64,000 nucleotides of DNA from Patescibacteria group bacterium (GTDB lineage Bacteria; Patescibacteriota; Minisyncoccia; Phycocordibacterales; Phycocordibacteraceae): contig JAZKAU010000002.1 in NCBI GenBank assembly GCA_040388985.1, forward strand, positions 52,570 through 116,569. The letters run 5' to 3'. The translations under genes were made by a program, and so were the position numbers. The notes below the pieces were generated by a model. The model ran no database searches. It was not told the origin of the DNA and was given only the letters and a program-made list of their open reading frames with translations. Shown in pieces: positions 19,638-28,782 of the stretch (its first letter is position 1; every line of letters starts with the position of its first letter).

Positions 19638-20423
19638 TTATTGTGCGCCTACCCACGACAACTCGAACATCATTCGCATCATGTTATGTATTGTTGGGTC
19701 CTCGATGATCACGCCGCTCGGCGTGTTGTTCTCGATATTCACGATAGACACCTTGTTCGTCCCGTAGACCGTAATCTCGCTCTTGTACGGGAATTGTTTT
19801 GCCGGGATATGTCTCATATTCGGCCAGAACTTCTTCGGGAGATGCGCGTATTGTGCCTTGATGAAACCCTTATCTTTTGCCGTATCAGGAACGATGCCGC
19901 GTGTCGTTATGCCGATTCGCCCTTTCTCTTTCTTATAGAACTTAAAGAAGTCTTCGGGGAAGAATTGGTCCAGGTAGCCTGCGTTCGCCCACGCGACCAT
20001 CTCGTACGGCTTTTCGACCCGGACATGGTCTTCATAGATGGAAAGTACTCCCTCCTTCCCTTCGAAGTACGTGATCTTCGGCTTATTGGGAACAAGGGTA
20101 TACATGCCTTCAAGGTCAGGCAGGAGTTCTTCGGCGGCCGCGAGCATTTCCTTGCCGCGCTCGACATTCATCTTCGCGAAGCGCAGCAGCTTCCGGGGCC
20201 GCTCTATCTGGTAATACAACTTCTTCCCTTTCTTGATCTCGGTCACGAGCCCTTTTACCGATAGGTCGAGAAGAATCTTGTATACCGTGCTTCGGTTAAT
20301 GCGTGCGTCTTTTGCAAGCGCAGAAGGATAGGCACCTCCCCGTTCCAGAAGCGTTACATAGACGACGGCAGCTTTATCCGACAGCCCTGCCTTCTTTACC
20401 TTCTCTACCAAGCGATCATCCAT
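19638..20423 (-). CDS. TrmB-family regulator 6 (helix NRSTVYK)
   Basis: wHTH plus KPKITYFEGKEG linker. Confidence 0.9.
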   Translation of the reverse strand: MDDRLVEKVKKAGLSDKAAVVYVTLLERGGAYPSALAKDARINRSTVYKILLDLSVKGLVTEIKKGKKLYYQIERPRKLLRFAKMNVERGKEMLAAAEELLPDLEGMYTLVPNKPKITYFEGKEGVLSIYEDHVRVEKPYEMVAWANAGYLDQFFPEDFFKFYKKEKGRIGITTRGIVPDTAKDKGFIKAQYAHLPKKFWPNMRHIPAKQFPYKSEITVYGTNKVSIVNIENNTPSGVIIEDPTIHNMMRMMFELSWVGAQ

Positions 20424-20605
20424 GGCCGCATACTATGGCTCAAATCAAAATGTGTCAATTCGTAGGAACAGATTTGCGTAAAATGGACTGAAATCCTGTA
20501 TCTGCTTGTATGTATAGAATTATTTTGTTATTTCAAAATACCAAATTTGACATTGATGATACAAATGTGGCGTTACCGTCTACTCACCTAATTGTCCGCG
20601 CTGCT

Positions 20606-21700
20606 ATGCAAAACACTATAAAAATCGTCGCGGTCCTCGTCGTTCTCGCGCTTATCGCCTTCGGGATTTCGCTGATCTCGCGGCCGAAGAGCGACACGAC
20701 CGTGGTCCTTGGCGCCACCCTACCCCTCACCGGAGACCTAGCCTTTCTGGGCGAGGGATATAGAAACGGAATGAACTTGGCGCTTTCGGAGCTCGGAGAT
20801 ACGAAATTCAAGTATAAGATCGTATTCGAAGACGATAAGTTCGATCCTGCGACCGGTGCTACGACGGCAAATAAGCTCATCTCTGTCGACCATGCTGACG
20901 GACTATTCTCGTTCGGCTCTCCGGTCGGCAACGTCGTCAGTCCGTTAGCCCAGAAGAACAACATTGTACATATAAACGGTATAGCCTCTGATCAGAACGT
21001 TGCCAAAGGAGACTACAACTTCGTCCACTGGACTCCGCCCTACGAGGAGTCGAAGCTCCTCATCTCGGAGCTGCAGAAACGAGGCATCAGTCGCGTTGCC
21101 ATATTCGTGACGAATCAGCCAGGCGCACTCGCAGTGGCAGACCAGGTAAGCACTGACCTGAAAACGAGCGGCATCCAGTTAGTAGGATACGAGACCATCA
21201 ATCCTGGAGAGACTGATATGCGGTCGCACGTAGCTAAGGTTGCTGGTTCGAAGCCGGACATGTACATACTCTTGTCCATGTCCCCTGAGCTCGAGATACT
21301 TACGAAACAGATCAAGGAGCAGGGCATAACGACGCCGCTTACCTCTATCGAGTCCTTCGAGTGGACCACGCAGCCGCAGATGTTTGAGGGCATGTGGTAT
21401 ATAAATGCTGCCGATCCGTCTCCTGCATTCGTGGAGAAATATAAAACTGCATACGGACAGAGCCCGACCGTGGGAGCCGCCAACGGCTATGATGCCGTGA
21501 TGCTCTTCGTTCACGCAGTCGAAACGTCAGCACAAGGGACGGGTAAGCCCAGCGAGGAAGACATAAAGAATGCTCTTCTGAATGTTCGGGACTATAGCGG
21601 CGCGGTCGGTGAACATCTCTCAGTCGACCGGGACGGGCTAATTGTATCTAAGGCAGTAGTGCGAATCATCAAGGACGGCAAGCCCGTTACGGTGAAGTAA
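20606..21700 (+). CDS. Liv-type ABC substrate-binding protein 5
   Basis: GATLPLTGD, FEDDKFDP, GYDAV; start moved to ATG 20606. Confidence 0.9.
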   Translation: MQNTIKIVAVLVVLALIAFGISLISRPKSDTTVVLGATLPLTGDLAFLGEGYRNGMNLALSELGDTKFKYKIVFEDDKFDPATGATTANKLISVDHADGLFSFGSPVGNVVSPLAQKNNIVHINGIASDQNVAKGDYNFVHWTPPYEESKLLISELQKRGISRVAIFVTNQPGALAVADQVSTDLKTSGIQLVGYETINPGETDMRSHVAKVAGSKPDMYILLSMSPELEILTKQIKEQGITTPLTSIESFEWTTQPQMFEGMWYINAADPSPAFVEKYKTAYGQSPTVGAANGYDAVMLFVHAVETSAQGTGKPSEEDIKNALLNVRDYSGAVGEHLSVDRDGLIVSKAVVRIIKDGKPVTVK

Positions 21701-21715
21701 GTTCAGGGGAGAAGG

Positions 21716-21764
21716 CCTGACAAAAGCGAAACGCCCGCGAAGCGGGCGTTTCGCTTTTGTCAGG
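21716..21764. terminator. Bidirectional terminator hairpin
   Basis: CCTGACAAAAGCGAAACGCCCGC-GAA-GCGGGCGTTTCGCTTTTGTCAGG. Confidence 0.75.
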
Positions 21765-21771
21765 AGATGAC

Positions 21772-22923
21772 TTACTTCACGTACGGCACCATCTTGCCGC
21801 CCGTGACCGTCTCAGGACTATGTCCAGAGACAGGATCACCATTGGCGCCGATGGTAACCGCGCCGGAAGCTCCCTGCCAGTCTTTTACGCTAGTGTGCAG
21901 CCACTTCGCGATCTTCGTGCCATCATAACCTACGGCCGCAATGGCGTCGCGAACGAGATAGACGGAATCATACTCGGTCTGCGCATAGCTGAGATAGGGC
22001 GCGTCGGCTCCGTACTTCGTCTTGTACGCGGAAACCATCGCGGTGAATTTTGGATTGTCCTTCTGCGTACCGAACTCGGCTCCGAGCGCACCCTCAAGCT
22101 GCTTGGCATTCGCTGTTATCGTTGCCGGGTCGCCGATCGTAACATCGGTGAGCAGAAGAGGAAGCTTCCAATCAAGCTGCGCCATCTGCGGAAGAACGCG
22201 AGACGCGCTCGCAGGAGTCTGCGTATCTAGGAATACTGCATCCGGCTTCTCTCCCTGCACCTTCGTGATTATCGAGCGGAAGTCGGTAGTCGCAGTCGGG
22301 AACGACTCATTCGTCACGGTTCCGCCGAGCTTCGTGAAGGTCTCGGAGAACGCGTTATATATACCGACCGCATAATCGGTCTGTTCCTGGATGAACGCTA
22401 CCTTCCTCCACCCCTTATCCGTATACGCGATGTTCGCGAGGACTGCTCCTTGTGTCGCGTCGGACGGATAGTTACGGACGAAGTAGTCGCTGATCGCGGT
22501 GAGCTTCGGGCTCGACGAACCGGACGAGATGACCGCGACCTTTGCTCGCTCCGCTACCGGCACTGCTGAGAGCGATTCGCTCGAGCAGAATCCGCCGATG
22601 ATCACCTGGACCTTGTCGATGTTCACGAGCTTCGAAGCCGCGTTCGCTGCCGACGTCCCGTCGCACTTGCCGTCTTCGACGACGAGTTCCATCTGCTTGC
22701 CGTCGATACCGCCTGTGGCATTGATCTCATCGGTCGCGAGCTGCATAAAATTCTTCGCAGGCTCGCCATATGACGCTGCATCTCCCGTGAGCGGGAGGAT
22801 GATGCCGACCTTGTACGTGTCACCGACGGCGACAGGTTCGTGATGCCGGGTGATAAGGAACCAGCCCCCGACTACCACGATTACTGCGATAAGAACCCAG
22901 ACCCATTTCGGAAATCCTTCCAT
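21772..22923 (-). CDS. Liv-type ABC substrate-binding protein 6
   Basis: KVGIILPLTGD, GGIDG, EDGKC, GGFCS, DFRS. Confidence 0.92.
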   Translation of the reverse strand: MEGFPKWVWVLIAVIVVVGGWFLITRHHEPVAVGDTYKVGIILPLTGDAASYGEPAKNFMQLATDEINATGGIDGKQMELVVEDGKCDGTSAANAASKLVNIDKVQVIIGGFCSSESLSAVPVAERAKVAVISSGSSSPKLTAISDYFVRNYPSDATQGAVLANIAYTDKGWRKVAFIQEQTDYAVGIYNAFSETFTKLGGTVTNESFPTATTDFRSIITKVQGEKPDAVFLDTQTPASASRVLPQMAQLDWKLPLLLTDVTIGDPATITANAKQLEGALGAEFGTQKDNPKFTAMVSAYKTKYGADAPYLSYAQTEYDSVYLVRDAIAAVGYDGTKIAKWLHTSVKDWQGASGAVTIGANGDPVSGHSPETVTGGKMVPYVK

Positions 22924-23071
22924 AGAGAGTTATATAAGGTGTTAATTGCCAATTCTGAAGAAAGTATGAACTGCGGCGAAAGCCTGTCAACACGCTCATG
23001 TGGGGTACTATTCTGAACCCGTCCAGAAATCCTGTATCTGCCTCGATTCGTCGGGAAAAGCTGATTTAGTG

Positions 23072-23857
23072 TCACGAGCCTGACACGGCCTTCTCACTAC
23101 GCTTCGCTTCTTTCCAGGCTAGCTCGAAAACTTTCTTCATAGCATGAGCAATCTCGGCGCTTTCTATAATGATGCCGAGCTTATCGCGCCATGAGGCGAT
23201 CATTATCTTATTGTCATAGATCTCGATGTCAGGAGTTATGTCGAATTCCTCTTTAGGTATGATGGCTATGTCACGCTTCTCATCCTTGTTATGTGAGGCG
23301 CGCTCAAGCGACGCAGTAGTCTCTGGGACGATGCCGCGAATGCTGATCCCTTTCTCTGCTCGACGTTCATAGTATCTAGGGAAATAGTTTCCGAGCGTCG
23401 CGTGCATATCTTCGTATGCGGCATACGCCACGATCGGTTCAGTTGCGGTCAATGTATCTTCGTACACTTCCTTAAGCCCCTCAATACCTTCGTAGAATCG
23501 TACTTGCGGCCGGTCCTGGACCGTATGCATCGCCCTTAGCTGCGGCAAGAACGCTTTGGCGGTACGCAACTGTTGTTCCGTCTCGGATAATCTGCTATCG
23601 AGAAGCGCGATAAGCTTATCCGGAGACTCGGCGGCATATTCTTCCTTCGGTTCTTTCCCCGACAATCGTACCAGATCCTTCTGAGCCAAGGCAGCGAGTA
23701 TGTCGTAGCCGGTAGTCCTGTTTATGCCGGCCTTACGTGATATCTGGGTTACAGTCCCGCGACCGAGCTTCAATATCGCCAGATATACGCCAACCTCTCT
23801 CTTAGAAAGTCCTAACGAGATAAGCGTCTTTACGATATTCTGTTGTCCCTTTTCCAT
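23072..23857 (-). CDS. TrmB-family regulator 7 (helix NRTTGYD)
   Basis: wHTH, RPQVRFYEGIEG, IYDNKIMIAS; start moved to ATG 23857. Confidence 0.9.
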   Translation of the reverse strand: MEKGQQNIVKTLISLGLSKREVGVYLAILKLGRGTVTQISRKAGINRTTGYDILAALAQKDLVRLSGKEPKEEYAAESPDKLIALLDSRLSETEQQLRTAKAFLPQLRAMHTVQDRPQVRFYEGIEGLKEVYEDTLTATEPIVAYAAYEDMHATLGNYFPRYYERRAEKGISIRGIVPETTASLERASHNKDEKRDIAIIPKEEFDITPDIEIYDNKIMIASWRDKLGIIIESAEIAHAMKKVFELAWKEAKRSEKAVSGS

Positions 23858-23914
23858 ACGATAACCATACACTACGCTCTATATTTGTGTCAATATTACT
23901 CCACAATATACATT

Positions 23915-23936
23915 ATATCCTTTATATAAAGGATAT
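23915..23936. promoter_or_regulatory. Perfect 22-bp palindrome in divergent promoter
   Basis: ATATCCTTTATATAAAGGATAT equals its own reverse complement. Confidence 0.6.
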
Positions 23937-24033
23937 TCGAGTGTTCTTTTATTGACATAATTGACAGTAAGGAATAATATTGTATCGGGTGCAACTTGAC
24001 ACCAACCGATAATACAAACCAAGGAGGTCAATC

Positions 24034-25284
24034 ATGAACGTATTCCCTAACGTGGCAGCAACCCTGCCGCCTAAAGGTCAGATTCCGCACAGGTATCGCC
24101 TGATGGTCAACAAATGGAGCTTTCCGGAGGACCGGATCGGCGAAACCGTTACGGCCCACGGCGAGACCATCAAGAAGATGCTCACCCTCGATATCAACAT
24201 TCCCGAGACCGGCTTCGCAGTCCTCGTCAACGCGCAGGCACCAGGATCGGACGCAGCCAAGCGCACGTTCGTGAAAAGCTATCCTTGTCCGCACGCATGC
24301 CCTGGCTGCTTCAATAACGCCGACCTGTTCAACCCGATCATGTCGCTCGAGGAGGTCTTCTCCGTCATCGACCAGGCCTGCGAACTGGGCCTGGAATCCA
24401 TGAAGTTCCTCGGTCCGGGGGAGCTGCTCGCCAATCCTCGAATGTTCTACATCCTCGACGAGCTGGCGAGGCGCAATATCGTCGCCGGCATCTTCACGAA
24501 GGCGGCAATGATGGGTAATGATATGTTGTCGCAGCACTATCACGGCATCGGCTCGGAAGAGCTGACGCGCCGGCTCGCGACATATCCCAACATTACCTTC
24601 CTGGTGGGCGGCCGATCCTTCGACCCGGCACTCGAGAATCGGTTCATTCCCCAGAACCGGCGCGAGTTCAGTGAGCGCTTCGACTACCACGCGGCACGCG
24701 GTCTCGCGATCGAGCGTCTCTGCGCGCACGGCATGAATGCCGATCTCATGCACCAACGGCTCGAGATCGCCTGCGCGCCGGTCACGAGCGAGAACATCGG
24801 CGGGTGCCTCGAGCTCTATCAATGGGGTACCGAACGCAATATCCCCGTGGTAATGCCGCCCACGATGGTAAGCGGCAAAGGCCATCGGCTGGAGAAGGCC
24901 GCTGCCGAGGTGCAGTTCGAAGACGACTATATCGAGCTTGCCGTAGCGGTCTACACCTGGGCTATCCAGCGCGGCGTCATGACCGTGGAGCAGTTGCTGC
25001 ATGAGGGCGCAGCACCCTACATCGGCATCGCTCCCTGCAACCAACTGACCCATGGCCTGTACATCCACTACGACGGTCAGGTGTGGCGGTGCCCCGGGAA
25101 CGACACTCCCGACTTCGTCGTGCACCACAATGTGCGCGAAGCTCCGTTGCGACAGATCTGGGTGAACAGCAGGAACTATGGCATTCAGGCCTTCAACAAC
25201 GGATGCGTCAAGGACGGCATATCGCTGCCAATGCGATTCTACAGCGAAGTGCCGGAGCGCGTGGTCGCGATGCTGAAGATCTGA
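24034..25284 (+). CDS. Radical SAM enzyme with SPASM/twitch-like C-terminus
   Basis: CPHACPGC (CxxxCxxC), GPGE, C...YIHYDGQVWRCPG; AAGGAGG SD. Confidence 0.85.
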   Translation: MNVFPNVAATLPPKGQIPHRYRLMVNKWSFPEDRIGETVTAHGETIKKMLTLDINIPETGFAVLVNAQAPGSDAAKRTFVKSYPCPHACPGCFNNADLFNPIMSLEEVFSVIDQACELGLESMKFLGPGELLANPRMFYILDELARRNIVAGIFTKAAMMGNDMLSQHYHGIGSEELTRRLATYPNITFLVGGRSFDPALENRFIPQNRREFSERFDYHAARGLAIERLCAHGMNADLMHQRLEIACAPVTSENIGGCLELYQWGTERNIPVVMPPTMVSGKGHRLEKAAAEVQFEDDYIELAVAVYTWAIQRGVMTVEQLLHEGAAPYIGIAPCNQLTHGLYIHYDGQVWRCPGNDTPDFVVHHNVREAPLRQIWVNSRNYGIQAFNNGCVKDGISLPMRFYSEVPERVVAMLKI

Positions 25285-25360
25285 GGCAGTGATTCGGTTC
25301 GAGTAATGACCTTTTTATGCGCCTGTCGGGAAACCGACGGGCGCATTTCATTTCCAGAAC

Positions 25361-26113
25361 CTACCGGCTCGGAAGCGAGTCCCAGATGACCTTGAAGAGG
25401 TTCTGTTGCATGCGCACGAGGGCTTCGGTCTCTATGACGATGGTCGTGACGGGATTGGTGAGCGGATGGATGACTATCTTACGGGGCGCGATAGCCATGT
25501 TTGCGTCGATAGTCGTTCCTTCCGGCAGTATGCGCACTTCTTCGCGATAGTTCTTCTCTGTCTTCTTATATGAGCGCGCGGTCTCTGAAGACACAAGGAT
25601 GACCTTGGTATGCACGTCTATGCGCAGCCGCCGCTCTATGAACGTCTTGAAATATTCCTTGTCGAAGTGATTCCACCGGTCCGGGTCGCCGATGACATAG
25701 TAGTCGTCACCACTGCGGAGATCCTGAAGCAGCTCATCATACGCACTTTTCATAGCTTCAACTCCCGAGTGATACCGGATGATGGAGTCGTTACCGCGCA
25801 GCGTATACAAGGCTTCGAGCTCCGGGAAGAACGACTGCAGCGCGTTCTTCTGCTCATCGAGCATGCGTTCGAGGCGTGCAGGGTTCTCCGCTACCGGAAA
25901 TTCCTTGAATCCTCTCTGCTCGACGGATACCAGTCCCTTTGCCTTCAGAGTCTCGATGACGTGGTAGATAGTCGTCCTCTTCACACCCGACTGGAGCGCA
26001 ATCTTTAGGATAGTGGTGGGGCCAAGCTCCAGCATGGCCAGATATACGGCTGCTTCGTGGTCTCCGAGCCCCGCGTGAGCCAGCATTCTCTGGAGTGATT
26101 CTCTGTTTTGCAT
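25361..26113 (-). CDS. TrmB-family regulator 8 (helix KRTTIYH)
   Basis: GL..HEAAVYLAMLELG wHTH, IRYHSGVE linker. Confidence 0.9.
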   Translation of the reverse strand: MQNRESLQRMLAHAGLGDHEAAVYLAMLELGPTTILKIALQSGVKRTTIYHVIETLKAKGLVSVEQRGFKEFPVAENPARLERMLDEQKNALQSFFPELEALYTLRGNDSIIRYHSGVEAMKSAYDELLQDLRSGDDYYVIGDPDRWNHFDKEYFKTFIERRLRIDVHTKVILVSSETARSYKKTEKNYREEVRILPEGTTIDANMAIAPRKIVIHPLTNPVTTIVIETEALVRMQQNLFKVIWDSLPSR

Positions 26114-26267
26114 GATATGTCGAAAGCTCGGACAAATTTATTTCCTTATTTATAGCATTGTTTTTGTCGTATTTATATAATCTGTCGACAATTTTGGCGA
26201 AATAGATATACGCCCCCACCATTAGCGCTACGTACTACCCTGGTGCGCCTAATACCAACGAGAATAT

Positions 26268-26954
26268 ATGAAAAAAGAACTGACGCTCGCGATAGGCGAT
26301 TCGTGGCATCCGCGTGCCCTTCCCTATCTCGCGATGATCCTGATGGCCATGATGCTCATTACGAACGTCCTCAACCTGAAGTTCATCAACTTCTTCGGGC
26401 TCTCGATTATCGGATCAGAGATCATCTACGTCTTCTCTCTCATCCTTTCGGACATCATGACGGAGGTCTATGGATACCGTCGCGTGCGGCGGCTATTGTG
26501 GGCAGGCCTTTCGTGCCTCGTCCTGTACGCGGTCTTCGTACAGGCAGTCGTCCTGCTCGCTCCTGCGCATGGCTATACAAGCAATGCCGCCTTCGTGACC
26601 GTATTCGCGCAGGCGCCACGCATCGTCGTTGCGAGCATCGCCGCATACTTCGTTACCGAGCTTGCGAACTCGCTCGTCATGTCGCGCATGAAGGTCCGCT
26701 TCCGTTCGAAGTACTTTTACGCTCGCGCACTCGGCTCGACGATGGTCGCACAAGCGGCCAACGGCGTGGTGTTCTTCGGCATCGCGTTCACGGGAGTCAT
26801 GCCGCTCAACCTCATCGTTTCCGCCTGCGTCTTCAGCTGGGTCGCCGTCATTGTCTGCGAGACGCTCATCCTTCCGATCACTAAGAGGCTCGCCTATCTG
26901 CTCAAGCACTATGAGGGGGTCGAGCATTACGACCAGGCTCCGCAATCGAACTAA
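26268..26954 (+). CDS. Queuosine precursor transporter (VUT/YhhQ family)
   Basis: SDIMTEVYG, RIVVASIAAY, RALGST motifs. Confidence 0.88.
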   Translation: MKKELTLAIGDSWHPRALPYLAMILMAMMLITNVLNLKFINFFGLSIIGSEIIYVFSLILSDIMTEVYGYRRVRRLLWAGLSCLVLYAVFVQAVVLLAPAHGYTSNAAFVTVFAQAPRIVVASIAAYFVTELANSLVMSRMKVRFRSKYFYARALGSTMVAQAANGVVFFGIAFTGVMPLNLIVSACVFSWVAVIVCETLILPITKRLAYLLKHYEGVEHYDQAPQSN

Positions 26955-27397
26955 ATTTAGTATCGGTGCCCGAAATATATCAGCATTCGAATCAGTTGAT
27001 AAAAGAGTTACATAATTGGCTAGCGTTCGGGAAAAGTTTAAAAGGAGAGAGTCTGCCGCAAGAGCAGTATGGGAAAAAGGCGGCCGTACACATGGTACGA
27101 CCGCCCGATTTCAGAATGTTCATTAGAGAAGCTTCTTGTTTCAGCTTGCTGAAGCTGAGTTAGGTCTGAGAAGACCAAAACTTCCTGGCCGATTGTCGAA
27201 AGGAGGGATAAGACGGCTTATTTCTTACCAGTCCTAGTACTCTTCGAGAGGGCTACAGCAACCCAACTCTCTCAGGTGAACAGCGCGCTCACCCTTTGAA
27301 TCACTGTATATAAAGGTATCATAGTATGTAAATTTGTCAAGCTCTTCCAACTGTGGTTCCACCATCCAATTGAGTCGCAGTATTGACTTGTCTAACT

Positions 27398-27472
27398 TGG
27401 TGCCCCCACCTGGAATCGAACCAAGATCAAGAGCTTAGAAGTCTCCTGCTCTATCCATTGAGCTATAGGGGC
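27398..27472 (-). tRNA. tRNA-Arg(TCT)
   Basis: Cloverleaf, loop CTTCTAA, CCA encoded; A-G mismatch at 31:39. Confidence 0.9.
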
Positions 27473-27573
27473 GAAGCGAGGTCGAACGAGCCCCCACATG
27501 CCTATATATGGGAGCAGTATTAGCCTAGCCGCCTTGAGGCGACGGGTCAATGAATCTTTGAGGAACCTAGGGA

Positions 27574-28347
27574 CTAGTGCGCACTGGTGCCGGGAGGCAC
27601 GGGACGGTCAGGCGTTACGAAGGCGAAGGTGTCGCCCTCCCCTACGGCAAATAGCATGCCGTCGCTCTCAAGACCCTTGAGTTTGCGGGGCGCAAGATTG
27701 GTGACGAATGAGAGTTGGCGACCCACTAATGACTCGGGTTCCGGAACATAGGCGGCGATGCCGGACACTATCTGGCGGGGCGCAGCCTCGCCCACATCTA
27801 TCATCAGACGCAGGAGCTTGTCAGTCTCGGGCACGCGTTCGGCTGAAAGCACGGTTCCGACCTTTACTTCGATTTTCGCGAAGTCGTCGATGGTGATCTT
27901 TGCAGGTGCGGCTTCTGGAGCCTCCGTCTCAGGCTTTGACGGCTCCGGACGCTGCGCCGTGCGTTCAAGGTAACTCGTGAGAATGAGGGCGGCAGCGGAG
28001 GCATCGACATCCGGCGAGCCTTCCATGCGCGTGCCATCCGGGAAGCGTCTGGCTTCCTGGGTCGTATAGGTTTCAGGCTCGTAGTTGATCGGAATGCCTG
28101 TGCGCCCGGCGAGCGCCGTGCCGAGCTCTCGCGCGCTCTGCGCAACGGGATTATCACCGCCTGAAAAATTGCGGGATTCGCCGATAACTACAGCTCCGAC
28201 ATTCTTCTCCTTTATGAGCACCGCGAGTTCATCTGCGAGCTTGGGTGTGGTCGTAAGCACGCCGTGCGGGAATCCCATCTGTCCGGCTTCGTCAGACAGG
28301 GCTATGCCCGTCTTCTTCGTTCCGAAATCTATGCCGATATATTTCAT
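27574..28347 (-). CDS. YqgF/RuvX nuclease fused to a tRNA-binding OB domain
   Basis: IGIDFGTKKTGIALSD ... DASAAALIL, then ITIDDFAKIEVKVG, RQIVSGI, NLAPRKLKGLESDGM. Confidence 0.88.
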   Translation of the reverse strand: MKYIGIDFGTKKTGIALSDEAGQMGFPHGVLTTTPKLADELAVLIKEKNVGAVVIGESRNFSGGDNPVAQSARELGTALAGRTGIPINYEPETYTTQEARRFPDGTRMEGSPDVDASAAALILTSYLERTAQRPEPSKPETEAPEAAPAKITIDDFAKIEVKVGTVLSAERVPETDKLLRLMIDVGEAAPRQIVSGIAAYVPEPESLVGRQLSFVTNLAPRKLKGLESDGMLFAVGEGDTFAFVTPDRPVPPGTSAH

Positions 28348-28413
28348 GTCAGCATAGTACCTTATTCTCTCCTCGTTCGCGCCTACGCACGGATATGCTA
28401 TCCTTGGTCGCAT

Positions 28414-28731
28414 ATGGACGCTATATTCACGCAGTCAGGTCTAGGCGATGCTATCGCTAACCACTTCGGAACGACTACGGTTCTCGTAGCCGTCTTGCTC
28501 GCTGCTGTCACGCTTTGGAGCCTTGCCTGGAAAGGAGTCGCACTCTGGTTCTCGGCACGCAACCACCAGAAGGCCTGGTTCGTCGTCATGCTAATCGTGA
28601 ACACGCTCGGCATCCTCGAGATCATCTATCTCCTCTTCTTCCGTCGCGACAAGCAGCCGGGAGCAACGAAGTCACTCTTCAACAATCCGCTTCCGGACGA
28701 GACTGACGCTGAAGTTGCTTCAGCGCCGTAA
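28414..28731 (+). CDS. DUF5652-like membrane protein
   Basis: WSLAWKGVALW...WF....VNTLGILEIIY. Confidence 0.8.
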   Translation: MDAIFTQSGLGDAIANHFGTTTVLVAVLLAAVTLWSLAWKGVALWFSARNHQKAWFVVMLIVNTLGILEIIYLLFFRRDKQPGATKSLFNNPLPDETDAEVASAP

Positions 28732-28782
28732 GCGTAGTTGAATGGGGTTCTGGGAGGAGTGCGTGAGTGGTATAATAGGTTA

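Noticed and set aside
24028-25128. Long antisense ORFs (also 31018-32028, 32043-33113, 41874-42803)
   Set aside because: Shadows of well-supported genes, expected from GC-rich codon usage
24034-25284. QueE assignment because of the nearby VUT transporter
   Set aside because: Too long, has a SPASM/twitch-like tail, and no queC/queD nearby
8059-27472. Intact integrative element or prophage
   Set aside because: No integrase, phage genes or long att direct repeat found
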